A stretch of DNA of 64,000 bases from Candidatus Nomurabacteria bacterium (GTDB lineage Bacteria; Patescibacteriota; Minisyncoccia; Phycocordibacterales; UBA5272). How positions within the stretch are numbered: position 1 is the first letter of the stretch; every line of letters begins with the position of its first letter. The translations under genes and the position numbers were made by a program. Positions 50,017 to 59,916 of this stretch are shown in pieces. The stretch covers positions 205,192 through 269,191 of the forward strand of contig JAQBRF010000004.1 of NCBI GenBank assembly GCA_028286645.1, read 5' to 3'. The notes under the pieces were generated by a model that was not told the origin of the DNA, searched no databases, and saw only the letters and a list, made by a program, of their open reading frames with translations.

Positions 50017-50116
50017 AACCGCCGTTTTCCTACATAAAAGGTGAGCGGTTCAGGGTGCAGAAGTCCTTATGCTGCTGCTGGCAGGACAACCCTCGGGGAA
50101 GATTTGAAACGACATC

Positions 50117-50317
50117 ATGTCTACTCAAAATCCCGTCTGTACATGTGCAGACATCTGCGTAGCTTACGTAACCCGAAATGGTAAACGGCGCTATGCTTCA
50201 ACATATGGTCATAAGTGCTGGCCTATTAAAGATAACCGTTCTTGCGCACTTCATAGCAAGAAAGCAAAAACCCCATCACAAGTTGTGACAGGATCTATGC
50301 TTAATCTAATCGCTTAA
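50117..50317 (+). CDS. Small Cys-rich basic protein
   Basis: YVTRNGKRRYASTYGHKCWPI; terminator at ~50342-50366. Confidence 0.55.
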   Translation: MSTQNPVCTCADICVAYVTRNGKRRYASTYGHKCWPIKDNRSCALHSKKAKTPSQVVTGSMLNLIA

Positions 50318-50431
50318 GGAGTTTATACCTCCTGTGGCCCTAACATCCCGTAAGGGGTGTTTTGTATTCTAAGTATATCCAGTAGCAAGTCCATCGCAAA
50401 AGGATAACTACGGACCATTACTCTACACTTC

Positions 50432-50542
50432 TCAAGACGAAAAAGCAACTCTGGTTATGCCAGTTCTGTTTTCCTTGAAAATCCAAGAAAGATACTCCAA
50501 TTCTTTAAGCATTCGGTTTATATTTAAATTACCAGGGTCCAC
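50432..50542 (-). other. Displaced 3' end of the recombinase gene
   Basis: In-frame VDP-GNLNINRMLKELEYLSWIFKENRTGITRVAFSS* starting at the att core. Confidence 0.7.
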
Positions 50543-50732
50543 TAACAAAAACGAACTCAGGCCATAGGCCTGTTTTTGTTAGTGGACCCGTAAAGCACAA
50601 GAACTGCTTCTTGTGCGGATTCGAAAGCGGCAGGCATATTTCACTAGTAAGTGAAATGACGAGGAGGGGCCGGCGAGTCCGACGAACGGCGGTGAGAAGG
50701 AACTTGTCGGAGAAATTCCGCAGGGATCTACA
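50535..50732. repeat. tRNA-3'-end-derived structured element
   Basis: 18-bp IR at 50535-50552/50572-50589; inverted tRNA fragments; degenerate direct tRNA end at 50716-50732. Confidence 0.6.
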
Positions 50733-50790
50733 GTTGACAAAATCTTTATTTATGCTAAGATGGGTTTGTCTTATTATTGGAGATCGGACA

Positions 50791-50958
50791 ATGATCAAAA
50801 CCATTTTCACGTTCGCCGTTGCAAACGCCCTCGGCCTGGCAATGATGATCTATTTTGACAAAAAGAAAAAGCGTCCGATGAGAAATCCAGCAATGTACAC
50901 AGTGGTGTATCTCATTGCTACCGCATTGGATGTGTCGATTGTTCACTTCGTTCTTTAA
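50791..50958 (+). CDS. Small membrane protein (solo unit)
   Basis: TTGACA-16-TAAGAT; SD GGAG; terminator CCCGCCG/CGGCGGG. Confidence 0.7.
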   Translation: MIKTIFTFAVANALGLAMMIYFDKKKKRPMRNPAMYTVVYLIATALDVSIVHFVL

Positions 50959-51083
50959 TGCATCCCGCCGCAAGCAATAGACACGCTTCGGCGGGTTTAT
51001 TGTTTTAGATTATTAATTATGATGCCAAATCCATTAATATGAAGATCGCAATCAACACCAAGCAACCTAATCATATTTATCCC

Positions 51084-51392
51084 CTAATTAATCACTCCCG
51101 CTGAAATTTGTTTCACTTTTTTTATTAATCCATTAACATGAGCTAATTCTTCTTCCGCATTCGTCGCACCTTCCAGATCTTCTTTCATACGCCCAAGCTT
51201 TTCTAAAAATAAACCAGTTATCAGCATTTTATGCTGATATGGGGAATTTTTATCCTTCATATCTAACTCAAATCCAACTAACTTACTCTCTAATTCACTA
51301 AGATGTTGCTCATATCTATTTATAAGATCGGGCGGACCTTCATGCTCATTTCTGGCTATAAAGGGATTACCTGAATGATCTTCTAATTTCAT
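51084..51392 (-). CDS. Hypothetical protein
   Basis: 102-aa ORF; TATACT leaderless start. Confidence 0.65.
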   Translation of the reverse strand: MKLEDHSGNPFIARNEHEGPPDLINRYEQHLSELESKLVGFELDMKDKNSPYQHKMLITGLFLEKLGRMKEDLEGATNAEEELAHVNGLIKKVKQISAGVIN

Positions 51393-51474
51393 AACTTAAG
51401 TATACTACTTTCTCTATAAATAAATTATATGACTTCTCTCAGAGTACTGTTATAATAAAATATCAGAGCATATT

Positions 51475-51861
51475 ATGAATTCATCTCACGCAGTAGCCAT
51501 ACTAATAACAACACCAGATGGCATTCCTTTAGTGCGAGATCCAAAAAAGCCCGAACCTCGTTATTGGAAACTTCCAGGAGGAAGGAGCGAGGGTGAAGAA
51601 ACACCTAGAGAATGTGCTGTACGAGAGATCTACGAAGAACTGGGGCTACAGCTTAATCCAACAGACCTAAAAGTCATCGAACGCCAGGATAAGAGCAATT
51701 ATACTTTAACTTTTTTTAAAATAGAATTACCTCAATTTATAGGTCTAAAAGAAATTGGTAATGAACAGGAAGAAATCAAAGTATTCCATTCTCTTAAAGA
51801 AATCAGTGAGCTGGAAGATTCTTTCCCAAATCACAAAAAAATTATCAACCAGATAGTTTAG
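51475..51861 (+). CDS. NUDIX hydrolase
   Basis: PGGRSEGEETPRECAVREIYEELG. Confidence 0.9.
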   Translation: MNSSHAVAILITTPDGIPLVRDPKKPEPRYWKLPGGRSEGEETPRECAVREIYEELGLQLNPTDLKVIERQDKSNYTLTFFKIELPQFIGLKEIGNEQEEIKVFHSLKEISELEDSFPNHKKIINQIV

Positions 51862-51890
51862 TTAAACAGTCATTGGATTGCAGGTCGGGA

Positions 51891-51926
51891 AATCAAAAAA
51901 TCCTCCATTCGGAGGATTTTTTGATT
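51891..51926. terminator. Bidirectional terminator
   Basis: AAAAAATCCTCC-ATTC-GGAGGATTTTTT between convergent genes. Confidence 0.85.
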
Positions 51927-51938
51927 AATAGAGAATTA

Positions 51939-52298
51939 CTATCTATTATCTTTAACTACTGATGGAAGGGCTAGAAGTATTACTCCTAGAACCACGTGTA
52001 GCCAAACATCGGCCTTGTTAGCAAGAATACCAAAGATGTTTCCATCTGCTGAGATAAGACCTACTACCGCAAGTATTAGGTAAATCACACCAAATGTCCT
52101 TAGCCATGTTGCTAGTGAATTTGGAGACGAAGTAGCTGCGAATAAAATAACAATACCGATTATTAAGTGAACTGCATCGTGAATGTGGTCAGTTTGGAAG
52201 AACCCGCTGGCTCCTACAATCCCAAGGCCTCCCACAAAGCCGAGTAGTCCTACTAGGACAAAAACTACACCCAGAATGACTGAAAGAGTTTTTAACAT
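51939..52298 (-). CDS. DUF4383-like membrane protein
   Basis: HDAVHLIIG; ADVWLH. Confidence 0.8.
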   Translation of the reverse strand: MLKTLSVILGVVFVLVGLLGFVGGLGIVGASGFFQTDHIHDAVHLIIGIVILFAATSSPNSLATWLRTFGVIYLILAVVGLISADGNIFGILANKADVWLHVVLGVILLALPSVVKDNR

Positions 52299-52449
52299 AA
52301 TGTTTTATTATTTATTAATTTTTCCGCCTCCTATATAAGCCGATATTTTAATGCCTACATCAGGAAGGAATACCCCTATTATACTATAAAGCAATACAAT
52401 ACAAAGTTGACAAATGGGATAATAAATTACTGGTGTATAATTTAATGAT

Positions 52450-52959
52450 ATGAAAAAAGATGAATATTTGATCAATAAAGGTGTAAATAGATGGATGGTT
52501 TTCTTTACAATTGTGTTTATTATTATTACATCACTTTTTTATTACATCCTTTATACAGAAAACAAGCTCCCGACTAGCATTACAATATGGGACTTCGTGA
52601 TTCTCGCCCTAGCCACATTTCGTCTTGTGCGTTTATTCGTTTATGATGCTATTTTTAAGTTTATACAGGAAAATCTAATGGACGCTATAGAGATAATGGA
52701 TAATGGTGAGCTGTTAATGACTCATACGCTTGCACAATCCTCTCTTAAAAGAACACTTTATAAACTAGCAGTATGCCCATGGTGCATGGGAGTATGGATA
52801 GCGCTTTGCGGAGCGTTCGTCTACTATCTACTTCCTGGATCATACTTCTTATTCGTTGTTCTTGCGATTTCCTCATTTGCTTCTATGCTACAAGTATTTT
52901 CCAATTTAATAGGATGGAGTGCAGAATACAGAAAACTAAAGGCAGAAAAATTCGTGTAA
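52450..52959 (+). CDS. DUF1360-like membrane protein
   Basis: LATFRLVRLFVYD; CPWCMGVW. Confidence 0.8.
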   Translation: MKKDEYLINKGVNRWMVFFTIVFIIITSLFYYILYTENKLPTSITIWDFVILALATFRLVRLFVYDAIFKFIQENLMDAIEIMDNGELLMTHTLAQSSLKRTLYKLAVCPWCMGVWIALCGAFVYYLLPGSYFLFVVLAISSFASMLQVFSNLIGWSAEYRKLKAEKFV

Positions 52960-52965
52960 ATAGAT

Positions 52966-53421
52966 TTAAATATTTAGCCCTTCTTTTTTCTTGGTATGTC
53001 TTGCATGTATCTCGTTTTCAAGTACTTCAATCTCTCTCTTCATATCAGTAATAAGAGTTAGTGTCTTTTGAACGTCACCTTTTTCTAATTCTAGTTCATC
53101 CATGGTCTTATCAATCGTTTTCTTGTCCTTTCTAAGTCCTGACATGATAATTGAATCACCTATGAACATAGAAACAAATAACCCCGTAGCAAGCATTACG
53201 CATACGCCAAGGATAAGTGAGCCCATAGGAGAGAAAATTACCCCCAGCCATCCAACACCCGATTGCTCTAAGATATCTGCCGTGTGCCATATACCGCGCC
53301 AAAAAAGAACAATTCCGGTTCCGCCAATAAATGTATAAACAAAAGGATGAAGAGATAACCTTCCTCTAACGTAATCCTCTAACTTGTCAAAAATATGGTA
53401 CACGCCGCTAATGATTTTCAT
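52966..53421 (-). CDS. Membrane protein
   Basis: VLFWRGIWHTAD; likely start 53421. Confidence 0.75.
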   Translation of the reverse strand: MKIISGVYHIFDKLEDYVRGRLSLHPFVYTFIGGTGIVLFWRGIWHTADILEQSGVGWLGVIFSPMGSLILGVCVMLATGLFVSMFIGDSIIMSGLRKDKKTIDKTMDELELEKGDVQKTLTLITDMKREIEVLENEIHARHTKKKEGLNI

Positions 53422-53446
53422 TTCTATAGTATATAGCAATCCCTCT

Positions 53447-55111
53447 TTATTTCTTATCCACAAATTTCCAAGCGATACTTTTATCATATCCCACTTTTTT
53501 CATCGGATTAAGAATTCCTTTTGGATCAAATATATTTTTCGTTTTTTCGAAGATTCTTATCATCTCAGGTGAGAACATCTTAGGAAGATATGCTGTTCTA
53601 AGCAACCCATCATTGTGCTCTGCCGACATCGAGCCTTTATATTCAAAGACGAGCCCGAATACTTCATCCATTAAATTATGAAGTACTTCAATTATTCCGT
53701 CCTTATGAATATCAATCAAAGGAATAATATGAAAATTCGCATCTCCCATATGGCCTGCTATCGTATAAACTAAATCTTTATCATACTTTGCGAAAATTTT
53801 ATCTAGTCTCGGAAGAAACTCGGGAAGATCTTTCGGGTGAACTATTATATCGTCAATTGTGGGAGCGGTTCTATACCCTTTTAATTTGCTTCTAAGTAAG
53901 TTAAAGCTTTCTCTTCTAAAAGTCCAATATTTCTGTGAATCTTTTTCAGAGTGCGCTCTTTTTAATGGATAATTAAAGGACTTCAGATCTTCATAGGCGT
54001 TTTTGATTTTTGTCTCTACTTCTTCTTCGCTGTCTCCGGTAAACTCTGCCATTAAAATAAGCTTAGGCACGCCGCCTGTTATAAGCATCCAAAATTCTGG
54101 AATAAATTGGAATGCTAAATTAAAGGCAGTTCCTCCCATCCTTTTGGCGATATCCTTAAAAAACTTAAGAGCTATTTTAAATGTATGATCATCATATGAT
54201 TCAAATGTTTCCGGGTTATGTAAAAGCATGCGAGGAATAATTTCTCCAAGCTTCTTCGTTGTGGGCAGAAACATTACAAGCATGCGAGAGTGGCTCTTTG
54301 GCTTAACTCCTGTAATTGTCGCCTCCGATACACACGCCAATGTTCCTTGGCTTCCTACAATGAGCTTTGTCATATCAAATTCTCTAGTTTCCTTATTTAA
54401 AACATTCCATAATAAATATCCAGAAGAATTTTTCGAAACGCTTGGCCGTGCTGTTTCTATCTCATCAATATTTTCTGTAATAAGATTATATACTTCTTTG
54501 TGAATGCGTCCACTTTCTGTTGCTTCTTTCATTTTTACTTGTAGTTCATAGATATTTAATGGACGAATCGTATCTTTTTCTCCATTAGCAAATATAATAT
54601 CCAATGACTTTACATACTTTTCGGTCTTTCCATATACAAGGGTTTTTTCTCCTCCCGAGTTATTAGAAACTATTCCGCCCATCGCAGAAAGCTCGCGCGA
54701 TGCGGGGTAACTAGGCATAATCCAACCCTTCTTTAAAGTTTCTTTTTCAAAATCTCTATAATAAACTCCGGGCTCAACTCTCGCGCTTATCTCATCTACT
54801 GACACAACTTTATTCATATAACGGGTAGCATCTACTACAATTGACTTACAAAGCGAACCTCCTGTCATGCATGTTCCTGCTGCGCGCATGGCAATAGACA
54901 AGTCTATTTTCTTATCCTTTTCTCCAGATACATATGCAAGCAACTTTGAAATATCATCTTTATGTTTAGGATAAACAACTATTTCGGGCTTTATATAAAA
55001 CAAACTTGCATCCCGGGAAACTTTTTCCCGATCTTCATCTAGAACTGATATATCTCCATCGATAAATTCGCTTATATCGTCTAATATCTTCGCGTAGTCA
55101 GCATTTCCCAT
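53447..55111 (-). CDS. FAD-binding oxidoreductase (GlcD/D-lactate dehydrogenase-like)
   Basis: GSQGTLA; GHMGDANFH; SAEHNDG; FDPKGILNP. Confidence 0.9.
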   Translation of the reverse strand: MGNADYAKILDDISEFIDGDISVLDEDREKVSRDASLFYIKPEIVVYPKHKDDISKLLAYVSGEKDKKIDLSIAMRAAGTCMTGGSLCKSIVVDATRYMNKVVSVDEISARVEPGVYYRDFEKETLKKGWIMPSYPASRELSAMGGIVSNNSGGEKTLVYGKTEKYVKSLDIIFANGEKDTIRPLNIYELQVKMKEATESGRIHKEVYNLITENIDEIETARPSVSKNSSGYLLWNVLNKETREFDMTKLIVGSQGTLACVSEATITGVKPKSHSRMLVMFLPTTKKLGEIIPRMLLHNPETFESYDDHTFKIALKFFKDIAKRMGGTAFNLAFQFIPEFWMLITGGVPKLILMAEFTGDSEEEVETKIKNAYEDLKSFNYPLKRAHSEKDSQKYWTFRRESFNLLRSKLKGYRTAPTIDDIIVHPKDLPEFLPRLDKIFAKYDKDLVYTIAGHMGDANFHIIPLIDIHKDGIIEVLHNLMDEVFGLVFEYKGSMSAEHNDGLLRTAYLPKMFSPEMIRIFEKTKNIFDPKGILNPMKKVGYDKSIAWKFVDKK

Positions 55112-55136
55112 GAAATAGATTAACTTTATAATCTTC

Positions 55137-55688
55137 TTATACTTTTACAATTTTCAATCCAATAGCGCTTATAACCACCATTGCAATCCATGCTGCGATT
55201 GCCAATTCTAATGCTTCTCTATTTCTTGCTTCTACTTCTCTCATAGATCGAGCCACGAGAACATAGCCGTTAGTATCACCATTTTGGTAACTTTTTATAA
55301 CAGCAGCGAATCTGTTAGTTTCGTTCGGCTGCCAGGTAAGCCTGTTTTCTCCGCTTGCTTTTGCTACATCAAATACTCCAGCCGGAGGAGTGGGAATTTG
55401 TCCTCCGATCTGCGCTGATGAAGCAACGGCTGTTCCGTTGGCGTCATAAATTATAACAAATGGTGCAAGAGTCTTCGAAACATCTACCTGAGTAGGTCCA
55501 GTGATTGCTTGAGGTGCGATATTTTGTCCGAGCGCGCTTACAATATCTTCGCTAATCTGAACTTGCGGATCATTAGCATTGGCTCTTGCCATATGCTGGA
55601 TTTCAGCGTATCCAAATAAAACTAATAACAGTGAAACAGCCGAAATTACTAATAAAGCTTTTTTATAATGTGTTAAATGTATTGCCAT
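55137..55688 (-). CDS. Two-TM protein with extracytoplasmic sensor-like domain
   Basis: TM-domain-TM layout; GYVLVARS. Confidence 0.7.
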   Translation of the reverse strand: MAIHLTHYKKALLVISAVSLLLVLFGYAEIQHMARANANDPQVQISEDIVSALGQNIAPQAITGPTQVDVSKTLAPFVIIYDANGTAVASSAQIGGQIPTPPAGVFDVAKASGENRLTWQPNETNRFAAVIKSYQNGDTNGYVLVARSMREVEARNREALELAIAAWIAMVVISAIGLKIVKV

Positions 55689-57103
55689 ATTGGTAGTATA
55701 GCAAATCCTTGTTTAAGTAAAGCGATTTTTCCTCGAGTAATGGCTCCTACGTAACCTGCTGCCGGATTTATATTATTAGCTTTTTGAAATTTTATAACAG
55801 CTTTTTGAGTAGCCGGACCGAAATATCGAGTTTCTTTTCCTAAAGAGCCCGGTCCGCTTATGGCAATAATATATCCATGATTATTTAAATACTTTTGTAA
55901 TTCCATCACCTCATCCGTACTTAATCCCAATGATAAATCTTTAGAAAGGCTGACACTTGAGGTGGAGGTGGCGGGGTTTGTTGTAGGAATATCCACCTTC
56001 ACCCGAGGAGTTGTAGAGCCGGCTTGAGTAACAAGACTTGTATTTGAAGTGGGGGAACTTTCTGATTCTAGGATTAAACGAGTTGCTTTTCCATAGTATC
56101 CATCCGCAGGATTTATCCCCATTAGGCTTTGATATTCTATCAATGCATTTTTAGTAATAATGCCAAAATATCCCGTTGTTCCCGCGGCTTCTAATTTATC
56201 CCGAGCCGCACCATGAGACTTAGAAATTAAACTAATCTGCATTTTTACTACAGCACTGCTTGTTTCTCCATACGCGAGATCTCCTGCAGACAAACTTGAT
56301 TGTATGGTCGGTGTTACTGTCATGGCAGAAACTGGCGTATTTCCTAGCGCAACGGAAATATTTGACGGAAGCAGAATATTTTGGGAAAGAGCACTTGTAA
56401 ATGTTGACCTAAAGTTTGTAACAAGAAATATGCTGAACGCATTAGTATCGCTTGCTACGGAGAGTATTCTATTTAAATAAGTAATCTTATCTGCCAAAGA
56501 AAATTCGCTTGTCAGTCGTGGGTATGGGTCTACTGCTGTGCCAGTAAAATCATGAACTTCAAAATGAAGATGTGATAATCCTCCTGAAGCATTTCCGGTA
56601 TTCCCTACATAACCAATCAAATCTCCTTTCTCTAGCGTCTTCCCTTCAGTGACCCCTTCACCGTATTTATCTAAATGCATATATACGAAAGTCTCGCCTC
56701 CTGGATTCGCAGTATAGATAGTTAGCCCTTCATTTGGACCGTTCGTGACTTTTAGCACAACAGCCTTAGTCGGACTGACTATCGGAGTTCCTTTAGTCGC
56801 CATAATATCTTCGCCCTGATGCTTCCTGGTTCCACCATCGCGGGGGTCTCCGAAATTTGGAGAAATATTTTTTACAGCAACCCCAAAGAGTACTGGTATT
56901 GGAAATATAGATTCAGCTGATTGAGGCAAAGATGATATAGCTTGATCAGTACTGCCGGACCTATCCCACCAATTTCGAGGATTCACTATCGGCGTGGTAG
57001 TGCTTGTACCATCGTCAGCTATTTGAGCAAGCGCCACAAAGGCACCTTGCCCTAAAAGAACGCTACTAAGTAAAAAAATAAAGGCTTTTTTATGAAAAGT
57101 CAT
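55673..57103 (-). CDS. M23 peptidase with peptidoglycan-binding domains
   Basis: HQGED, YMHL, HLHFE; FGPATQKAVIKFQ. Confidence 0.9.
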   Translation of the reverse strand: MTFHKKAFIFLLSSVLLGQGAFVALAQIADDGTSTTTPIVNPRNWWDRSGSTDQAISSLPQSAESIFPIPVLFGVAVKNISPNFGDPRDGGTRKHQGEDIMATKGTPIVSPTKAVVLKVTNGPNEGLTIYTANPGGETFVYMHLDKYGEGVTEGKTLEKGDLIGYVGNTGNASGGLSHLHFEVHDFTGTAVDPYPRLTSEFSLADKITYLNRILSVASDTNAFSIFLVTNFRSTFTSALSQNILLPSNISVALGNTPVSAMTVTPTIQSSLSAGDLAYGETSSAVVKMQISLISKSHGAARDKLEAAGTTGYFGIITKNALIEYQSLMGINPADGYYGKATRLILESESSPTSNTSLVTQAGSTTPRVKVDIPTTNPATSTSSVSLSKDLSLGLSTDEVMELQKYLNNHGYIIAISGPGSLGKETRYFGPATQKAVIKFQKANNINPAAGYVGAITRGKIALLKQGFAILPIWQYI

Positions 57104-57177
57104 AGATATCAGCACAATAAATACGCTTATATAGTATATAACAATTAATCTCTTATTTTGTGACAAGCTTTAGGTGC

Positions 57178-59916
57178 TTATCTAACCCCTTGAGGGGACT
57201 TCGCTGGGCCTCTTTTTAATGTAGATCTATGAAGTGGAGACTTTTCTTTCTCAAATACAATTGACTTGGATTTAATATCGAATCTCGCTTTAACTTTATC
57301 ACCTTCTTTTAAGTTTCCACGGAGCACATCACTTGCTAGAAGATTTTCTACTTCATTTTGTATCGTCCTATTGATCTCTCTTGCCCCGTATTCTTCCGAA
57401 TATCCTTTTCCAAGTAGATACCCTATCGCGGACTCATCAAAAGATATGGAAATGTTTTGAGCATGTGCCATTCTCTTGACTCTTTCCAGTTGGAGTAATA
57501 ATATTTGTCGTGTTTGCTCCATAGTTAGCGGGTGGAACACGACAATATCATCTAATCGATTCAAAAACTCTGGTCGGAATCGCATTTTCAGGCTTTGTAT
57601 AATCTTTTGCTTCACTTCGTCAAACTGCTTTTTACTTTTATCTTTGCCTTTTTGAAACTCCTCTAGCATTTCTGACCCCATGTTGCTTGTAGCAATAATA
57701 ATTGTATTGGTGAAATTTACCACTCTCCCTTTTCCGTCAGTAAGCCTTCCTTCATCGAATACCTGAAGCAAGATATTATATACATCTGGATGCGCCTTTT
57801 CTATCTCATCAAGAAGTATTACTGAGTATGGTCTTTTTCTAATCGGCTCGGTTAGCTGTCCTCCCTCTTCATATCCGACATATCCAGGAGGAGCTCCAAT
57901 TAATCTAGATACGGAAAATCTTTCCATATATTCTGACATATCTATGCGAACTATCGCATCCTCATCTCCAAATGTCGCCCATGCTATTGTTTTCGCAAGT
58001 TCAGTTTTCCCAACTCCTGTAGGACCGAGGAAAAGAAACGAGGCCACAGGCCTATTTGTGCGGCCGATTCCAGAACGTGACCTTCTCACAGAATTCGATA
58101 CAGCGACAATTGCTTCCTCTTGCCCGATGATTCTTTCATGAAGCTTCTGTTCTAGGTTAAGCAATTTATCTTTTTCTTCCTTACTGAGATCGGTGACTGG
58201 GATCCCTGTGAGCTTAGAGACAACTTCAGCAATTTCTTTTTTAGTAACAATTGATGATTGAGTTCCTTTCTTCTGCTTCCATTTGTTTTCTTCTTCTCCC
58301 CTCTCTTTTGTCAGCCCGCTTATTTCATTTTCTAATTTCTCAGATTCTTTGAAATCATTATGGGCTTTTGAAGACTCTCTTTCTCGGTGCAATTTTTTTA
58401 ACTTCGTATCTATATCTCGGAGCTCCTTGCTGTGGGATGAGGCAGCTATTCGCACGCGAGAAGCAGCCTGATCAATTAAGTCTATGGCTTTATCGGGTAG
58501 AAATCTATTGGTGATGTATCTATCTGAAAGCGCCGCTGCTGTTACGATCGCCTCGTCGCTTATTTTTACTTTATGATAGGCTTCGTATTTATCCCTAAGT
58601 CCTCGCAAAATCTGAACGGTCTGTTCCACTGTGGGTTCAGGTATAAGAATGGGCTGAAATCTTCTTTCTAGCGCCGCATCTTTTTCAATGTATTTTTGAT
58701 ATTCATTTAAAGTTGTAGCGCCTATCAGATGTAGAGTTCCACGGGCAAGTTCTGGTTTTAATACATTTGACATATCCATTCCGCCTTCTTGATTCCCCGC
58801 ACTTACCATAGTATGGAGTTCATCTACAAATATAATAAGCTCATCTTTGTTTTCTTTTATTTCATCTATAACTTGTTTTACTCTTTCTTCAAACTCTCCC
58901 CTATATTTTGATCCCGCCACAATAGCATTTAAATTTAGCTCAACAACTCTTTTATTTAAAAGAGTTTCTGGAATATCTTCGTTTACTATTCTTTGCGCCA
59001 ACCCTTCAACTATTGCAGTCTTTCCTACTCCCGGCCCTCCTATTAGAACGGGATTATTCTTTGTTCTTCGAGAAAGGATTTCTATAGTAGTTTCTATCTC
59101 GTCTGTACGTCCAATTACCGGATCTAATTTGCCTTCTCGAGCTAGCACGCTTAAATCTCTTGAATACTTATCAAGTGTGGGGGTTTTCGATTCTGTTTCA
59201 ATACGACCCTCTTCCGCTCCCTTTCCTACAACTTTTACAATCTTTTGCCTTAGCTTTTCTGGAGTAACTCCATATCTTCGAAGGAGATCTCCTCCTATTC
59301 CATCATCTTCTTCTAAGAGACCGATAAGTAAATGCTCAGGTCCAATATATCCATGTCCGAGTTCACGAGATGCTTGAAAGGCATTTTCTAATATTTTCTT
59401 GACTCGGGGAGATACTCCCATCTTGTCTGGAGAAACCGCTTCTCCTTTTGGACTAGAAGGAGAATTTTTATCTAAGTATTTTTTAATATCTCCAGTATCT
59501 AACTTTAACTGCTTAAATATTTCTTCAGTGGTTGGATTCTGTATTAGAGCATACAGAATATGTTCTGTGTCTATTTCTCTTGCATGCAAACTTAATGCTC
59601 TTTCGGCGGATGATTGTATAACTTCCTTTGTCTGGTTCGACAGATAATTTTCAATATTTATTGCTTCCTGATTTCTTCCGATTTTTCTATTTCTTTCTGG
59701 GATAGCTTCTTCAACGGATCCGAACATATCATCAAAATCTGCAAACGGGTTTTTTCCAAACAATGATTCGAAGGGGGAACGCGCACCCTGTTCCCTTCGT
59801 ATTCTTTCATAATCAATTTTGCACAGATCTAATGTTTGTTGCCTGCCATTTACAATTGCAGTCACTCTAACTTCGGCAGGCCTTATGTTACAAATATCAC
59901 AAAGCTTTTTTGCCAT
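57178..59916 (-). CDS. Hsp100/Clp AAA+ chaperone, ClpG(ClpK)-like
   Basis: Two AAA domains (GGPGVGKT, GPTGVGKT); N-terminal CxxC...VRV...NGR...LC...SPFESLFG. Confidence 0.9.
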   Translation of the reverse strand: MAKKLCDICNIRPAEVRVTAIVNGRQQTLDLCKIDYERIRREQGARSPFESLFGKNPFADFDDMFGSVEEAIPERNRKIGRNQEAINIENYLSNQTKEVIQSSAERALSLHAREIDTEHILYALIQNPTTEEIFKQLKLDTGDIKKYLDKNSPSSPKGEAVSPDKMGVSPRVKKILENAFQASRELGHGYIGPEHLLIGLLEEDDGIGGDLLRRYGVTPEKLRQKIVKVVGKGAEEGRIETESKTPTLDKYSRDLSVLAREGKLDPVIGRTDEIETTIEILSRRTKNNPVLIGGPGVGKTAIVEGLAQRIVNEDIPETLLNKRVVELNLNAIVAGSKYRGEFEERVKQVIDEIKENKDELIIFVDELHTMVSAGNQEGGMDMSNVLKPELARGTLHLIGATTLNEYQKYIEKDAALERRFQPILIPEPTVEQTVQILRGLRDKYEAYHKVKISDEAIVTAAALSDRYITNRFLPDKAIDLIDQAASRVRIAASSHSKELRDIDTKLKKLHRERESSKAHNDFKESEKLENEISGLTKERGEEENKWKQKKGTQSSIVTKKEIAEVVSKLTGIPVTDLSKEEKDKLLNLEQKLHERIIGQEEAIVAVSNSVRRSRSGIGRTNRPVASFLFLGPTGVGKTELAKTIAWATFGDEDAIVRIDMSEYMERFSVSRLIGAPPGYVGYEEGGQLTEPIRKRPYSVILLDEIEKAHPDVYNILLQVFDEGRLTDGKGRVVNFTNTIIIATSNMGSEMLEEFQKGKDKSKKQFDEVKQKIIQSLKMRFRPEFLNRLDDIVVFHPLTMEQTRQILLLQLERVKRMAHAQNISISFDESAIGYLLGKGYSEEYGAREINRTIQNEVENLLASDVLRGNLKEGDKVKARFDIKSKSIVFEKEKSPLHRSTLKRGPAKSPQGVR

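Larger units (their letters stand above)
43804..50542. mobile_element. Integrative island in tRNA-Ala
   Basis: Direct repeat AGGGTCCAC at 43804-43812 and 50534-50542; recombinase and R-M cargo between. Confidence 0.85.

Noticed and set aside
50529-50810. Minus-strand ORF and the long 5' extension of ORF 50611
   Set aside because: They cross the palindromic tRNA-derived element; SD and promoter support a start at 50791
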